Made by a program: the position numbers and the translations under genes
The notes under the pieces: model-generated
Seen by the model: the letters and a program-made list of their open reading frames with translations, nothing else
Databases searched by the model: none
Told to the model about the DNA's origin: nothing
Shown here: positions 30,759 through 41,175 of the stretch, piece after piece
Position numbering within the stretch: position 1 is the first letter of the stretch
Layout: the number at the start of each line of letters is the position of its first letter
Assembly (NCBI GenBank): GCA_963718615.1
Contig: OY970368.1
Location: 928,001 to 992,000 of the forward strand
Length of the DNA: 64,000 nucleotides
Direction: 5' to 3'
Origin: an uncultured cyanobacterium
GTDB taxonomy: Bacteria; Cyanobacteriota; Cyanobacteriia; PCC-9006; JAAUQQ01

Positions 30759-32222
30759 GTGGCTCCTTATTCTCCCGAACAGCTCTGGCATGAAATTTTG
30801 GAGCGGCTTCAGCTACAGCTTAGTCGTCCCACCTTTGAAACCTGGATTAAAACAGCCAGTGCGGAGAAGCTAGAAGGCAATTGCCTGTATATTTGTACGC
30901 CCAACCCGTTTGCGCGGAACTGGCTCCAAAAGTACTATTTGCAAACGATTGCCGAGGCGATCGAAGCGATTTTGGGCTATGCCCTAGAGATTCAATTCAC
31001 GGTGCCTGTGACGGGGGATGAGGCCGGGGGCACGACCACAGGCGATAGTCTCTGGACAACGGCGGCTGCGGCCCCAGTGGAGGCCCCCGCAGCGTCAGAG
31101 TCTAACGCTGGAAATAGCGCTGGAAATAGCGCTGGAAATAGCGCTGGAAATAGCGTTGGCAGCGAGGTCAAGCGGGGGCAGATGCGTCCGTCTGAACTCA
31201 ATCCCAAATACGTTTTTTCACGGTTTGTGGTGGGAGCCGGAAGTCGCATGGCTCATGCGGCGGCGCTGGCGGTGGCAGAATCACCAGGCCGAGAGTTCAA
31301 TCCGCTATTTCTCTGTGGCGGCGTTGGATTGGGCAAAACTCACTTGATGCAGGCCATTGGTCACTATCGCTTGCAGATTGATCCCAATACGAACATCTTC
31401 TATGTCTCGACCGAGCAGTTTACCAATGACTTAATTGGTGCGATCCGGCGGGACGGAATGCAGGCATTTCGGGAGCATTACCGAGCAGCGGATGTGCTGT
31501 TGGTGGATGATATTCAATTTATTGAGGGGAAGGAATACACCCAGGAAGAGTTTTTCCACACCTTTAATACGCTACATGAAGCGGGCAAGCAGGTGGTGCT
31601 GGCCTCCGATCGCCCCCCCAGCCAAATTCCCCGACTCCAGGAACGACTCTGTTCACGTTTCTCCATGGGGCTGATTGCGGATGTACAAGCGCCGGACTTT
31701 GAAACCCGGATGGCAATTTTGCAGAAGAAGGCAGAGTACGAAAATATCCGTCTGCCCCGAGAGGTCAACGAATATATTGCCTCGCGCTATACCTCCAACA
31801 TTCGGGAATTGGAAGGTGCGCTCACCCGTGCGGTGGCCTATATTTCCATTTCTGGCATGTCGATGACGGTTGATAATATTGGTCCCGTGCTCAACCCTCC
31901 CATGGAGCAAGTTGAAGTTTCGCCAGAAATTATTTTATCCATCGTGGCCGAGACCTTTGGGATCTCTCTGGAAGACCTCAAAAGTAGCTCACGGCGGCGA
32001 GAAGTGAGTCAGGCCCGACAGGTAGGGATGTATTTAATGCGCCAGCACACGGATCTGAGCTTGCCTAAAATCGGCGAGGCCTTTGGCGGGAAGGACCACA
32101 CCACGGTGATGTATAGCTGTGACAAAATCGCCCAGCTCAAGGACTCAGATAACCAGCTCAACCTTACGATTCGTCAGCTCAACGACAAGCTGTACATGAA
32201 TAGTAAGGTTCAGAGCCGCTAA
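30759..32222 (+). CDS. dnaA: Chromosomal replication initiator
   Basis: [53 protein letters not shown]. Confidence 0.98.
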   Translation: MAPYSPEQLWHEILERLQLQLSRPTFETWIKTASAEKLEGNCLYICTPNPFARNWLQKYYLQTIAEAIEAILGYALEIQFTVPVTGDEAGGTTTGDSLWTTAAAAPVEAPAASESNAGNSAGNSAGNSAGNSVGSEVKRGQMRPSELNPKYVFSRFVVGAGSRMAHAAALAVAESPGREFNPLFLCGGVGLGKTHLMQAIGHYRLQIDPNTNIFYVSTEQFTNDLIGAIRRDGMQAFREHYRAADVLLVDDIQFIEGKEYTQEEFFHTFNTLHEAGKQVVLASDRPPSQIPRLQERLCSRFSMGLIADVQAPDFETRMAILQKKAEYENIRLPREVNEYIASRYTSNIRELEGALTRAVAYISISGMSMTVDNIGPVLNPPMEQVEVSPEIILSIVAETFGISLEDLKSSSRRREVSQARQVGMYLMRQHTDLSLPKIGEAFGGKDHTTVMYSCDKIAQLKDSDNQLNLTIRQLNDKLYMNSKVQSR

Positions 32223-32267
32223 GGATTGCGATTGACGCAAGCTTGGGATAACCGTGATTAACCGTGA

Positions 32268-32852
32268 TTAACGGGGAATCAGCTCGGTATTGACTTCATT
32301 CACCTGACGACGGCGGAGCGTGGCCGATTCTGTGCGCGGTAACAGCTCAAACACCTCTCGGAGAGTATCGTCAATTTTTTCGTAGGACACCTGGCCGACT
32401 TCATCCAGGACAATTTTGCCTGCTTGGTCAAACACAACCAGTTGGGGAACCTGACCGCGATAGTAGGAGCGCTCATCGGTTTTGGGATAATCCGTGTTGA
32501 GCACGGTATCGGCGCTGATAGGAATGAAATCCGCTGCTCGGCCATAGCCTGCTTGCAGCTGGGAATAGGTCGAGGCAAATTGCTTACAGTCGCGGCTGTC
32601 ATCTAGATAAAACAGCAACAGTGCAGGCTTTTTCTGGGCAAAGGATGTCGCTAGGTCAACCCGTGGGGGAACAAGAGAGCCATTGCTAGCGTAGAGGGCA
32701 AAAATATTGCCATCAAAGCGATCGTCTTGCAAACTGGCCCACGCGGGAACGGGGCTCCAGGTGCTCAGAACAATCAGACCGACGACGACAAGGGAGCAAA
32801 CAGCCAGGGTCCAGTGCAAGCAACGACGAAACCAAGTACGCAGCATGGTCAA
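32268..32852 (-). CDS. Thioredoxin-fold thylakoid protein (PSI accumulation factor family)
   Basis: Signal/TM segment, DD.FDGNIFALYA.NGSLVPP, YLDDS.DCKQF. Confidence 0.75.
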   Translation of the reverse strand: MTMLRTWFRRCLHWTLAVCSLVVVGLIVLSTWSPVPAWASLQDDRFDGNIFALYASNGSLVPPRVDLATSFAQKKPALLLFYLDDSRDCKQFASTYSQLQAGYGRAADFIPISADTVLNTDYPKTDERSYYRGQVPQLVVFDQAGKIVLDEVGQVSYEKIDDTLREVFELLPRTESATLRRRQVNEVNTELIPR

Positions 32853-32858
32853 AGGGAA

Positions 32859-35141
32859 TTAATCCTGAAGGGTTAAGATGGAATCCTTCCCATTTTGCCC
32901 TAGGACTGCGACCAAAGGACGGGGCTCGGCAATGTTATAGCCTTGAGCGTAGTCGACACCGAGCTCACACACCTTGGCAAAAATGGCGTCGCTGGAAACA
33001 AACTCGGTGATGGTTTGGATGCCCATGACGCGGCCAATTTGGCTGATGGCTTCGACCATGGCCTGGGCGACGGGGTCTTCGACAATGTCTTTGACAAAAC
33101 AGCCATCGATTTTGAGGTAGTCAATGGGCAGATTTTTCAGATAGGCCAAGGAGGACATACCGGTACCAAAGTCATCCAGAGAGAACTTACAGCCGAGACG
33201 GCGCAGGTCCTGAATGAATTCGGCAGCTTTTTGGAGATTGGCGATCGCCACCGTTTCCGTCACCTCAAAGCACAAGACCTGGGGCGGAATTTGGTAGCGG
33301 GCAATCTGCTCTCGGACAAAATGAATAAACTGATCGTCGTTGATACTGCTGCCCGAAAGATTAATCGCGTAGACACATTCGCCACCCTCCTGACGACAGC
33401 GTTCCCAGGCTTGGCGGTAGTGCTCGCCCTGGGTCGAAAATAGCGTGGTAATCACCCAACGATCGATCACCGGCATGAGATTGTAGCGTTCTGCCGCTGG
33501 CATAAACGCCGCAGGAGAAATAATCCGCCCCGCTTCGTCCCGTAGGCGGATCAGCACTTCATAATGCTCACTGGCCGGGTGATGGGTTTGCAGAGGGGCG
33601 ATCGTCTGGAAATAAAGACAGAAGCGATTTTCCGTTAGTGCCTGCTGGATGCGCGCAATCCACTGAATTTCCTCACGCTGTTGGGCGATCGCCTGGTCAT
33701 CCCCCTTACAGGCATAAACCCGACCGCGACCCTGGCGCTTGGCGGTGTAGCAAGCTACATCGGCGGTGGAAATCACATCGCCGACGCTGGCCTCATGGCC
33801 CCGAACCGGCGCAATGCCGAGGCTGGCACTGACCGAAAACATTTGTCCTGACCAAAAAAACTTGAGCGATTGGATACTGCGGCACAGATCCTGGGCGATG
33901 GCCAAAGCCCGCTGTCCCGAACATTGATAGAGTAAAATCGCGAACTCATCGCCCCCCAGCCGCGCCACCACATCCGAGCGACGCACCTTTTCCCGCAGGA
34001 GCTGGCCAATCTGACAAAGGAGGCGATCGCCCGCCAAATGGCCACAGCTATCGTTAATTAATTTGAAGCAGTCCAAATCCAGAATGCAAACACTGTGTTC
34101 AAGGTTATTCTCCTTGGCCTGGAGAATGGCGCGCTGCAAATGGCTTTCAAAATTGCTGCGATTGGCCAATTCGGTCAACGGGTCATGACTCACCTGCCAA
34201 CACAATTGCCGCTCCATTTGTCGTGCCTGAGTGACATCTCGAAACGTTAGCACCGCGCCCTGGATCGTGCCTCGGCGATCGCGAATCGGCACCAACGAAT
34301 CATCAATGGCAAATTCATCCCCCATGCGGGAAATTAGCCGCTGGGTTTGGCGATGATCCCCTAGGCGTTCCTGACCTTGTAAGATCTGCTCAAGACCGAG
34401 GTCAATGGTTTTAGCGGTTTCCTCATCAATCGTCAAAAAGACTTCCGACAGGGGGCGATTCTGCGCCTCGATCGATGACCATCCGGTTAACAATTGAGCA
34501 ATGGGGTTAATCGATTGCACCAGTCCCTGGGCATCTAGGGTGATCACGCCTTCCGCCAGGGAATCCAGCGTTGTTTGGGCAAATTCTTTTTCCTGAAGGA
34601 GCTTGGCCTCCATTTGCTTGCGATCGCTAAAATACACCGCAATTTTTTGCACCAGCCAGGTCACCACCCCCACGAGGGAGAGACTAAACACGGCAAAGGT
34701 GACCCAGAGTAAAGTTAGGGTGAGCTTGCGTTGCGCTTCGAGGGGGCGATCGCCAGTTGCAGGAGGAGAGACCAGAGAGTCAGTCACCCAGCCGCTAGCC
34801 AAGCTACTTTCTCGTGGACTTTTCGCCTGCGGGTAAATTTCGATGGAAGCCTGCTCTAGAGCCCGAAAGCTGGTTGAGATTTTCACAGCGCTGACCCCCA
34901 CCACTCCCCCCGTCGCCAACAAGGAGAGCAGAAGCGTCGGAAGAGCCAGTTTACGTCTCAAAACGTCAACAGAATCCTCCTCACGGAGAACGATCGTGTC
35001 TCGAAAACGTGCTAGGTAATGCCTCAAGTCCATGGATTGGTACAGACCCTGCTGAGCAAAAACCGAGTCAAATGCCAACAGTGACTTGCCTTGCGCAGGC
35101 ATTCCTTCAACCTTGACTCGGAATAATCCCAGTAAGCCCAA
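32859..35141 (-). CDS. Membrane PAS-GGDEF-EAL protein (start uncertain)
   Basis: PAS, HDPLTELANR, RLGGDEF, EVLIR, FEVTET, LDDFGTG, LKIDG. Confidence 0.93.
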   Translation of the reverse strand: MGLLGLFRVKVEGMPAQGKSLLAFDSVFAQQGLYQSMDLRHYLARFRDTIVLREEDSVDVLRRKLALPTLLLSLLATGGVVGVSAVKISTSFRALEQASIEIYPQAKSPRESSLASGWVTDSLVSPPATGDRPLEAQRKLTLTLLWVTFAVFSLSLVGVVTWLVQKIAVYFSDRKQMEAKLLQEKEFAQTTLDSLAEGVITLDAQGLVQSINPIAQLLTGWSSIEAQNRPLSEVFLTIDEETAKTIDLGLEQILQGQERLGDHRQTQRLISRMGDEFAIDDSLVPIRDRRGTIQGAVLTFRDVTQARQMERQLCWQVSHDPLTELANRSNFESHLQRAILQAKENNLEHSVCILDLDCFKLINDSCGHLAGDRLLCQIGQLLREKVRRSDVVARLGGDEFAILLYQCSGQRALAIAQDLCRSIQSLKFFWSGQMFSVSASLGIAPVRGHEASVGDVISTADVACYTAKRQGRGRVYACKGDDQAIAQQREEIQWIARIQQALTENRFCLYFQTIAPLQTHHPASEHYEVLIRLRDEAGRIISPAAFMPAAERYNLMPVIDRWVITTLFSTQGEHYRQAWERCRQEGGECVYAINLSGSSINDDQFIHFVREQIARYQIPPQVLCFEVTETVAIANLQKAAEFIQDLRRLGCKFSLDDFGTGMSSLAYLKNLPIDYLKIDGCFVKDIVEDPVAQAMVEAISQIGRVMGIQTITEFVSSDAIFAKVCELGVDYAQGYNIAEPRPLVAVLGQNGKDSILTLQD

Positions 35142-35267
35142 AGCTATCCCATCAATTTCACAGGGAATTTACGGAAGTCCCTGGTCGGCAAGTCCTCTAG
35201 ATGGGGTTTTCCCACCAGCCCACTCGCCCGGTTCGCCGCTGATGGACGGGGGGTTCCCTAGCTTTCC

Positions 35268-35468
35268 CTAGCGGTCTCCCTGGCTGGGCGGTTCCAGGCC
35301 CCACTCATGCCTCAGTACTTCCCGATACAGGCTTTCCCGCACCATCATTTGCTCGTACAGTTCCAGCAAAAAGTCCTGCGCCTGCATCAAGTCCATCTGA
35401 GAAACCTGAGTTTTGAACGCATGCAGACTAAACTGCTGTTCCATCGAAAGCGATTTAGATTGATCCAT
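35268..35468 (-). CDS. nblA: Phycobilisome degradation protein NblA
   Basis: LSMEQQF.L..F..QV.QM...QAQ.FL..LYEQMMVRE..Y...L.H.WG. Confidence 0.93.
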   Translation of the reverse strand: MDQSKSLSMEQQFSLHAFKTQVSQMDLMQAQDFLLELYEQMMVRESLYREVLRHEWGLEPPSQGDR

Positions 35469-35531
35469 GGCAACCTCCCGTTACGGATCGATAACCTTAT
35501 GTGGATCCTGTTGCAGACTTCGATAAAAATC

Positions 35532-35547
35532 TGTACGGGATCATACA
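35532..35547. promoter_or_regulatory. Candidate NtcA box upstream of nblA
   Basis: TGTA-CGGGATCA-TACA fits GTA-N8-TAC, about 65 bp upstream of the nblA ATG; no -10 at the canonical 22-nt spacing. Confidence 0.55.
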
Positions 35548-35649
35548 AAGATTTATTAACAAAATGGAAACAGCCGCCCATTTTCTGATCTGCGGGCGAT
35601 TGTTCCCAGTGTATTCAAAAAAATGGATCGTTGCCTGGATTAACTTGAT

Positions 35650-36699
35650 TTACTCGTCGGGTAGGACTTTGAAGCGAATCGTACGTCCAGCGGCTAAATC
35701 CCCCAGGGGTAGCGAGAGCTGATCCCCAGAAATCTGGCCGAGGGCATCTAGCATTTGGCGCAGATGCGGTGTACTGGCTCCGCTTTCGAGATAGAGCCGT
35801 TCGCTCAGGTTGCCGAGCCGTTTCCAACTGGTGTAGAGCTTGGTCATGGCCTGCTCCACCTGGGAGGCTTGATTAACCAGGTCTGCTGCTAGGTTGAGGC
35901 AATCTAGGCGCAAGGCTTCTTCCAGGGCCTGTTCAATGTCCATGGTTCCTTGATTAATGGTTTGGACCTGGGCCGATGCCTCTAGATAGCGGGAGAGATA
36001 GCGGGCCGAAAGCGTCATCTCTTTAATGGTTTCGAGGTCTGGATTTTCGGCAACCTCGGCCTGGATAGCCTCTTGATGGACCTCGGGGAGTTTTTCCATT
36101 TGCTTGACCAGCGGAGCCAAGTAGCGCGATGGCAAGCTATTGTTGGCGGCCTTCTCCCGCACGGGCTCAGGCAACATCTCGGAGGTGACGGCGGTCCATT
36201 CGTCGGTCACCTGCTTGACCTGCTGGCGGGTGATGCGTTTGCCATCCCGTGCGGCGTCGCTGAGCATCACCTGGACCTCTGGCGGGGCCTGGGCTGTTTC
36301 AATAAAGGCACTTTTGCTAAAGCGGTTGACCGAGTCGCTATCGAGGCTGCCCTGTTCCAAGAGGTGATCGGCGCTGTTGGCCAGTTCAATCAGGTTGTAG
36401 GCGCGGCTTTTGGTGATTTCCCGGTCCTTCAGCCAGTTTAAAAACCCGGCTCCACGGGTGTCGCCGCCGTAGCGTTCGCGATCGCGCACCACCCGCAAAA
36501 TTCGCCCCCGCCAGATTTCCGTTTGCAGATCAAAGCGATCGCACACCTGCCAAGCCTGTTCGACCCTGGTATTAAAGTCATGGGGCGAGATTGCGTCATC
36601 CTCAGGATCCGGCAATGCAAAGCTTAACTCCAGGTCGGCAGCTAGGGTTGCGAGCTGGTCCTGGGCCAGGGGATCCGAAGAGAGCGGCGCAGCAACCAT
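35650..36699 (-). CDS. Conserved cyanobacterial hypothetical protein
   Basis: 349-aa ORF with AWQVCDRFDLQTEIWRGRILR..RDRE. Confidence 0.8.
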   Translation of the reverse strand: MVAAPLSSDPLAQDQLATLAADLELSFALPDPEDDAISPHDFNTRVEQAWQVCDRFDLQTEIWRGRILRVVRDRERYGGDTRGAGFLNWLKDREITKSRAYNLIELANSADHLLEQGSLDSDSVNRFSKSAFIETAQAPPEVQVMLSDAARDGKRITRQQVKQVTDEWTAVTSEMLPEPVREKAANNSLPSRYLAPLVKQMEKLPEVHQEAIQAEVAENPDLETIKEMTLSARYLSRYLEASAQVQTINQGTMDIEQALEEALRLDCLNLAADLVNQASQVEQAMTKLYTSWKRLGNLSERLYLESGASTPHLRQMLDALGQISGDQLSLPLGDLAAGRTIRFKVLPDE

Positions 36700-36769
36700 A
36701 GCGAAAACGTCCTTAGGGAAATCGATGCCGGTTTATTATCACACGCTAAGGGAGTGCTTCAGTGGGGGG

Positions 36770-37252
36770 CTAGAGGGCAGAACGGATCAAGTGAACCAGT
36801 CCGAGAATAACCGCGCTGGCGATCGCCACCGACATCGCCAACAGCAGTCCGAGGGCGACAAACACCAACCCAACCACCCACCGATCCGCAGCAGCATGCT
36901 GAGCGGGCTGGGCCAAATGGTCTTCTAGTAGGGCAACATTGCGGGCATTGGCTTTCCAGCCCACATCAAACAGATCGCCCAAGAGCGGCACCGTTCCCAG
37001 CAACCAGTCAACGCCGAGGTTGAGCACCATCCGAATCAAGGTCTCAGCGGGCAGCTTCCAGCGTGTCGCTTGAACAACGATGTAAGCAGAAAAGACAATC
37101 CCGGCTACATCCCCCATGCCGGGAATCAAGCCCAAAAACGGGTCAAGTCCCACGCGGTAGGAAGTACCGGGAATAGCGACGGCATTGTCTAAGAGCCGAC
37201 TCAGGGTCTGAAGTTGCTTGAGGGTTTGGGACCGAGACTCAGTGGAAAGCAT
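36770..37252 (-). CDS. DUF4112 membrane protein
   Basis: LLDNA..IPGT..RVGLDP..GLIPG.GD, VPLLGDLFD..WKAN.RN. Confidence 0.9.
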   Translation of the reverse strand: MLSTESRSQTLKQLQTLSRLLDNAVAIPGTSYRVGLDPFLGLIPGMGDVAGIVFSAYIVVQATRWKLPAETLIRMVLNLGVDWLLGTVPLLGDLFDVGWKANARNVALLEDHLAQPAQHAAADRWVVGLVFVALGLLLAMSVAIASAVILGLVHLIRSAL

Positions 37253-37377
37253 GGGAAACAGCGATTCAGAAAACTATCATTCAGACAATTATCTTGCTGA
37301 TCACAGTGTTTCGAACATAAGTGTTTCGAACATCAAGGTTCAACCCAAAACCCTCAGGCTCCTGAAGCAAACCTGGT

Positions 37378-37671
37378 TTAAAAATCTGCGGCAAACTCAG
37401 CGATCGAGCGAGGGTAGGCCATCTCCTCCAACGCCATCGCTTGCGCCATGTATCCCATGGAATTGTTCACCAAAAAATAGACCAACAGAAGTGCCGCTGC
37501 CGCTGAGACCACTAGGAATCCAGCAAGCATCAGCGAAAATTCACGTTGGGTAAGAGCGGACTGCATGAGGTGCAGAGCCCAGGCCACGAGGCCAACCGTT
37601 GCTGCCAATAAAATAACCATGGGAGAGATAAGGCCAAAAATGAGCCTGTCTTTAAGTATTGTAACAGCCAT
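37378..37671 (-). CDS. Small hypothetical membrane protein
   Basis: Two hydrophobic helices. Confidence 0.6.
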   Translation of the reverse strand: MAVTILKDRLIFGLISPMVILLAATVGLVAWALHLMQSALTQREFSLMLAGFLVVSAAAALLLVYFLVNNSMGYMAQAMALEEMAYPRSIAEFAADF

Positions 37672-37745
37672 TTAAAAAATGTGCCGCTAACGCCTCCTAA
37701 GTCCTCTCCCTTGTCAAGGGGGTGATATAGGGGAAGGACGCTAGC

Positions 37746-38516
37746 CTACAGCGGACGGACGGGAACGTGATGGGCTTGGAGATGGTCCTTAATTTCAGCG
37801 ACTGAAAGCTGGCCATAGTGCAACAGAGAAGCTAAAAGTGCAGCCTCAGCATGCCCCTCGGTTAAGGCTTCGCGAATGTGCTCACAGGTACCAGCCCCCC
37901 CGGAAGCAATGACAGGGACTTCAACCCGTTGGGCGATCGCCCGCGTCAGCTCCAAGTCATACCCCGCTTGGGTGCCATCCGCATCCATACTCGTGATCAA
38001 CAGTTCACCGGCTCCCCGTCGGGTCACATCCTCAGCCCACTGCACCGCATCCAAACCCGTATTTTCTCGGCCTCCTCTCACAAACACATCCCAGCCTGGA
38101 TTGCTTTGATCCGATCGACGGCGAGCATCGATTGCCACCACAATACACTGACGACCAAAGCGATCGCTGGCCCGATCAATCAGGCTTGGATCCCGCACAG
38201 CAGCGGAGTTCAGACTTATTTTGTCCGCTCCGGCACGTAACAAATTCTTAATCATTTCTAAGTTTTGAATCCCGCCCCCCACGGTCAGAGGAATAAACAC
38301 CTGCTCCGCCGTGCGGTAAACCACATCAAAAATAATGTCCCGTTCCTCGTGGGTCGCCGTAATGTCCAAAAAGACCAATTCATCGGCCCCAGCCTCGTTA
38401 TAGATCTGGGCCAGCTCGACCGGATCACCGGCATCCTTGAGGTCGACAAAGTTAACCCCCTTGACCACGCGCCCAGCTTTAACATCCAAACAGGGCAGAA
38501 TTCGTTTTGCTAGCAT
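37746..38516 (-). CDS. hisF: Imidazole glycerol phosphate synthase subunit HisF
   Basis: [46 protein letters not shown]. Confidence 0.98.
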   Translation of the reverse strand: MLAKRILPCLDVKAGRVVKGVNFVDLKDAGDPVELAQIYNEAGADELVFLDITATHEERDIIFDVVYRTAEQVFIPLTVGGGIQNLEMIKNLLRAGADKISLNSAAVRDPSLIDRASDRFGRQCIVVAIDARRRSDQSNPGWDVFVRGGRENTGLDAVQWAEDVTRRGAGELLITSMDADGTQAGYDLELTRAIAQRVEVPVIASGGAGTCEHIREALTEGHAEAALLASLLHYGQLSVAEIKDHLQAHHVPVRPL

Positions 38517-38759
38517 GAGTCTTCCTGCTTCTCCAATGTCCTGTTTCAAGTCCTGTACAGGTTCATTGCTGAACCACAACCATCGTTCTGAACGATTCTG
38601 AATAATGCCGAATTGCCCTGGGAACCGAACTCAGGGCTAAATTCTCTGCCCTGCCATTTTTGCACTTTGCGATCGCCCGAGGGGCTGAAAGGACTGATAG
38701 ACTGTGGACTGGCTTCAAACCTGTTAAGTTATTTTGAGTGCTTTTAAGAGAGGGCTTGG

Positions 38760-38960
38760 ATGAATATTGGGCAAAAGGTTAGAGTGCAGCGGATTCGCGA
38801 TCGCATTCCCGCCAGCGTTGTCGCGCAAATTAAAAAAAATCCCGTGGGCACCGTCCAGGGCTACCGCGTGGTCGATGGCAAGGGCATTGGTTATGTTGTT
38901 AAATTTAGCGATGCCTTTAGTACCTGGTTTTTTGAAGACGAAATTAAAGCAGAGGGCTAA
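38760..38960 (+). CDS. petP: Cytochrome b6f subunit PetP (DUF2862)
   Basis: IGQKVRV.RIRDR...G.V..YR.VDG.GIG..VKF.D..STWFFEDEI. Confidence 0.85.
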   Translation: MNIGQKVRVQRIRDRIPASVVAQIKKNPVGTVQGYRVVDGKGIGYVVKFSDAFSTWFFEDEIKAEG

Positions 38961-39008
38961 TTGTCCTCCCCCTAATTCAACCCACTCCCATTGACCCCCA
39001 GAGAAGAC

Positions 39009-40100
39009 ATGGCACTGATTCTGACATATCTAGGTAAGGGCGGCACAGGGCGGACCACCGTCGCAGTGGCAGCGGCCAAGAAACTTGCGGCCCAAGGAAA
39101 ACGGGTGCTTCTGGCTTCTGCCGAAGCGGGTCCGGCCTTGGGTCTTTTATTGGGTCAAACCCTTGGGATAGACCCGTTGGTTTTGGAACCGAGCCTCTCA
39201 GTGGTGCAGTTACAGGCCACGGCTTTGGTGCAGCGCGGTTGGGAAGTGCTCAAGCAAAAAGAGGCCCAGTACCTGCGCAGTCCCTTTTTCAAAAATGTCT
39301 ATGGCGAAGAATTAGGAATTTTGCCGGGAATGGATTCGGCGCTGACCCTGAATGCGGTGCGGGACTACGCCCAGAGCGGTCTCTATGACGTGATTGTTTA
39401 CGACGGGGATTCCAGTTTAGAAACCCTGCGCACCTTCGGGTCCCTGGAAGTGACGAGTTGGTATGTGCGGCGGTTTAAGCAGGTGATTCTAGAGTCGGAC
39501 ATTGGCAAGTCGCTGATGCCATTTATTCAGCCGATCTCGGCCACAGTGCTGCAAAACGCCTGGAGCGGAGGCGATATGAATGGGCCGATGCAAGAGGCGG
39601 AAAATTTATTAGAAGAGGGGCGTCAGGCGATTAACGATCCGGCGCGGATGATGACGTTTTTGGTGACGACGGGGGATGAGTTGGCGATCGCCACCGCCCG
39701 TCATTTTTGGGGAAGTGCCCAGCAGGTGGGCTTAACCGTCGGCGGCGTCCTGGTCACCCAAGGGGCAAATCCGGCGACCTTGGCCAGTCAATTTACCCCA
39801 TTACCCCTGCATGCCTTACCAAGCTACACCGGCGATTGGCAACCCCTGATGGACGCCCTGCCCAGTCCTTCTGAGGGGCTGGGTGCGCCGGAGCCGCTAG
39901 AAATCGATGTTCAAGCGGGGCAGGTACGGGTCTTTTTACCGGGCTTTGACAAAAAACAAGTCAAGCTGACCCAATACAACCAGGAAGTCACCATTGACGC
40001 GGGCGACCAGCGGCGTAATATTTTGCTGCCGCCGGAGTTACGGGGGCGATCGGTCACCGGAGCAAAATTTCAGGACAGTTATCTGGTGATCTCGTTTTAG
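39009..40100 (+). CDS. ArsA/Get3-fold ATPase-like protein
   Basis: LGKGGTGRTT, LGILPGMD, C-terminal alpha-crystallin-like FLPGFDKKQVKL; located next to chlG. Confidence 0.88.
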   Translation: MALILTYLGKGGTGRTTVAVAAAKKLAAQGKRVLLASAEAGPALGLLLGQTLGIDPLVLEPSLSVVQLQATALVQRGWEVLKQKEAQYLRSPFFKNVYGEELGILPGMDSALTLNAVRDYAQSGLYDVIVYDGDSSLETLRTFGSLEVTSWYVRRFKQVILESDIGKSLMPFIQPISATVLQNAWSGGDMNGPMQEAENLLEEGRQAINDPARMMTFLVTTGDELAIATARHFWGSAQQVGLTVGGVLVTQGANPATLASQFTPLPLHALPSYTGDWQPLMDALPSPSEGLGAPEPLEIDVQAGQVRVFLPGFDKKQVKLTQYNQEVTIDAGDQRRNILLPPELRGRSVTGAKFQDSYLVISF

Positions 40101-40112
40101 GAGAAAAACATT

Positions 40113-41120
40113 ATGACGGAATCAACCCCAGTACCCCAGCCTACGCCTGAGACCGCCCCAGCGGAGACCGCCAGTGGCTCTAAAGCCCGACAAATGCTGG
40201 GTATGAAAGGTGCCCAGGCGGGCGAGACGTCCCTTTGGAAAATCCGGCTCCAGCTGATGAAGCCGATTACCTGGATTCCCCTGATTTGGGGGGTGGTCTG
40301 CGGAGCGGCGGCCTCGGGAAATTATGTTTGGACCCTCGATGATGTGCTGTTGTCTGCGGCCTGCATGCTGATGGCCGGACCGATGCTGACGGGCTACACC
40401 CAGACCCTGAATGACTATTGCGATCGCGAAATCGACGCCATCAACGAACCCTACCGCCCCATTCCCTCGGGAGCCATTCCCCTCAACCAGGTAAAGGTCC
40501 AGATTGGGATTTTGCTCATGGGGGGATTGGCGATCGCCTTCGGCCTCGATCGAGCCGTGGGCCACAGCTTCCCCACCATGACTGCCCTAACGCTGTTTGG
40601 GATCTTCGTCGCCTATATCTACTCCGCCCCCCCGCTGAAGCTCAAGCAAAACGGCTGGGCTGGCAACTACGCCCTCGGGGCCAGCTACATCGCCTTGCCC
40701 TGGTGGGCCGGTCAAGCGCTGTTTGGCGAGCTCAACTGGAAAATCATGGTGATTACGTTGGTGTATAGCTTGGCTGGACTGGGCATCGCCGTGGTCAATG
40801 ATTTTAAGAGCGTCGAGGGCGATCGCCAACTCGGCCTCCAATCCCTCCCCGTCATGTTTGGTATCGACAAAGCCGCCTGGATCTGCGTCGCCATGATAGA
40901 CCTCTTCCAGCTTGGCATTGCCGCCTATTTAATCGCCATTCATCAAAATCTTTACGCCGTCTTGCTGATTCTCTTGGTTATTCCGCAAATCACCTTTCAG
41001 GATATGTACTTTCTGCGGGATCCCTTGAATAATGATGTCAAATATCAGGCTAGCGCCCAGCCATTTTTGGTTCTCGGGATGTTAGTCACGGCTTTAGCTC
41101 TGGGTCATGCTGTGATTTAA
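40113..41120 (+). CDS. chlG: Chlorophyll synthase
   Basis: RLQLMKPITWIPLIWG, ND..DREIDAINEPYRPIPSG, NDFKSVEGDR. Confidence 0.97.
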   Translation: MTESTPVPQPTPETAPAETASGSKARQMLGMKGAQAGETSLWKIRLQLMKPITWIPLIWGVVCGAAASGNYVWTLDDVLLSAACMLMAGPMLTGYTQTLNDYCDREIDAINEPYRPIPSGAIPLNQVKVQIGILLMGGLAIAFGLDRAVGHSFPTMTALTLFGIFVAYIYSAPPLKLKQNGWAGNYALGASYIALPWWAGQALFGELNWKIMVITLVYSLAGLGIAVVNDFKSVEGDRQLGLQSLPVMFGIDKAAWICVAMIDLFQLGIAAYLIAIHQNLYAVLLILLVIPQITFQDMYFLRDPLNNDVKYQASAQPFLVLGMLVTALALGHAVI

Positions 41121-41175
41121 TCAGTTAGATCTAGATCCAGTCGTACAAATCCAATCGTTTTGCCAGAGGGCTCAG

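Noticed and set aside
39009-40100. Arsenic resistance operon
   Set aside because: No arsB/C/R nearby; this is the single-domain Get3-like protein commonly found beside chlG
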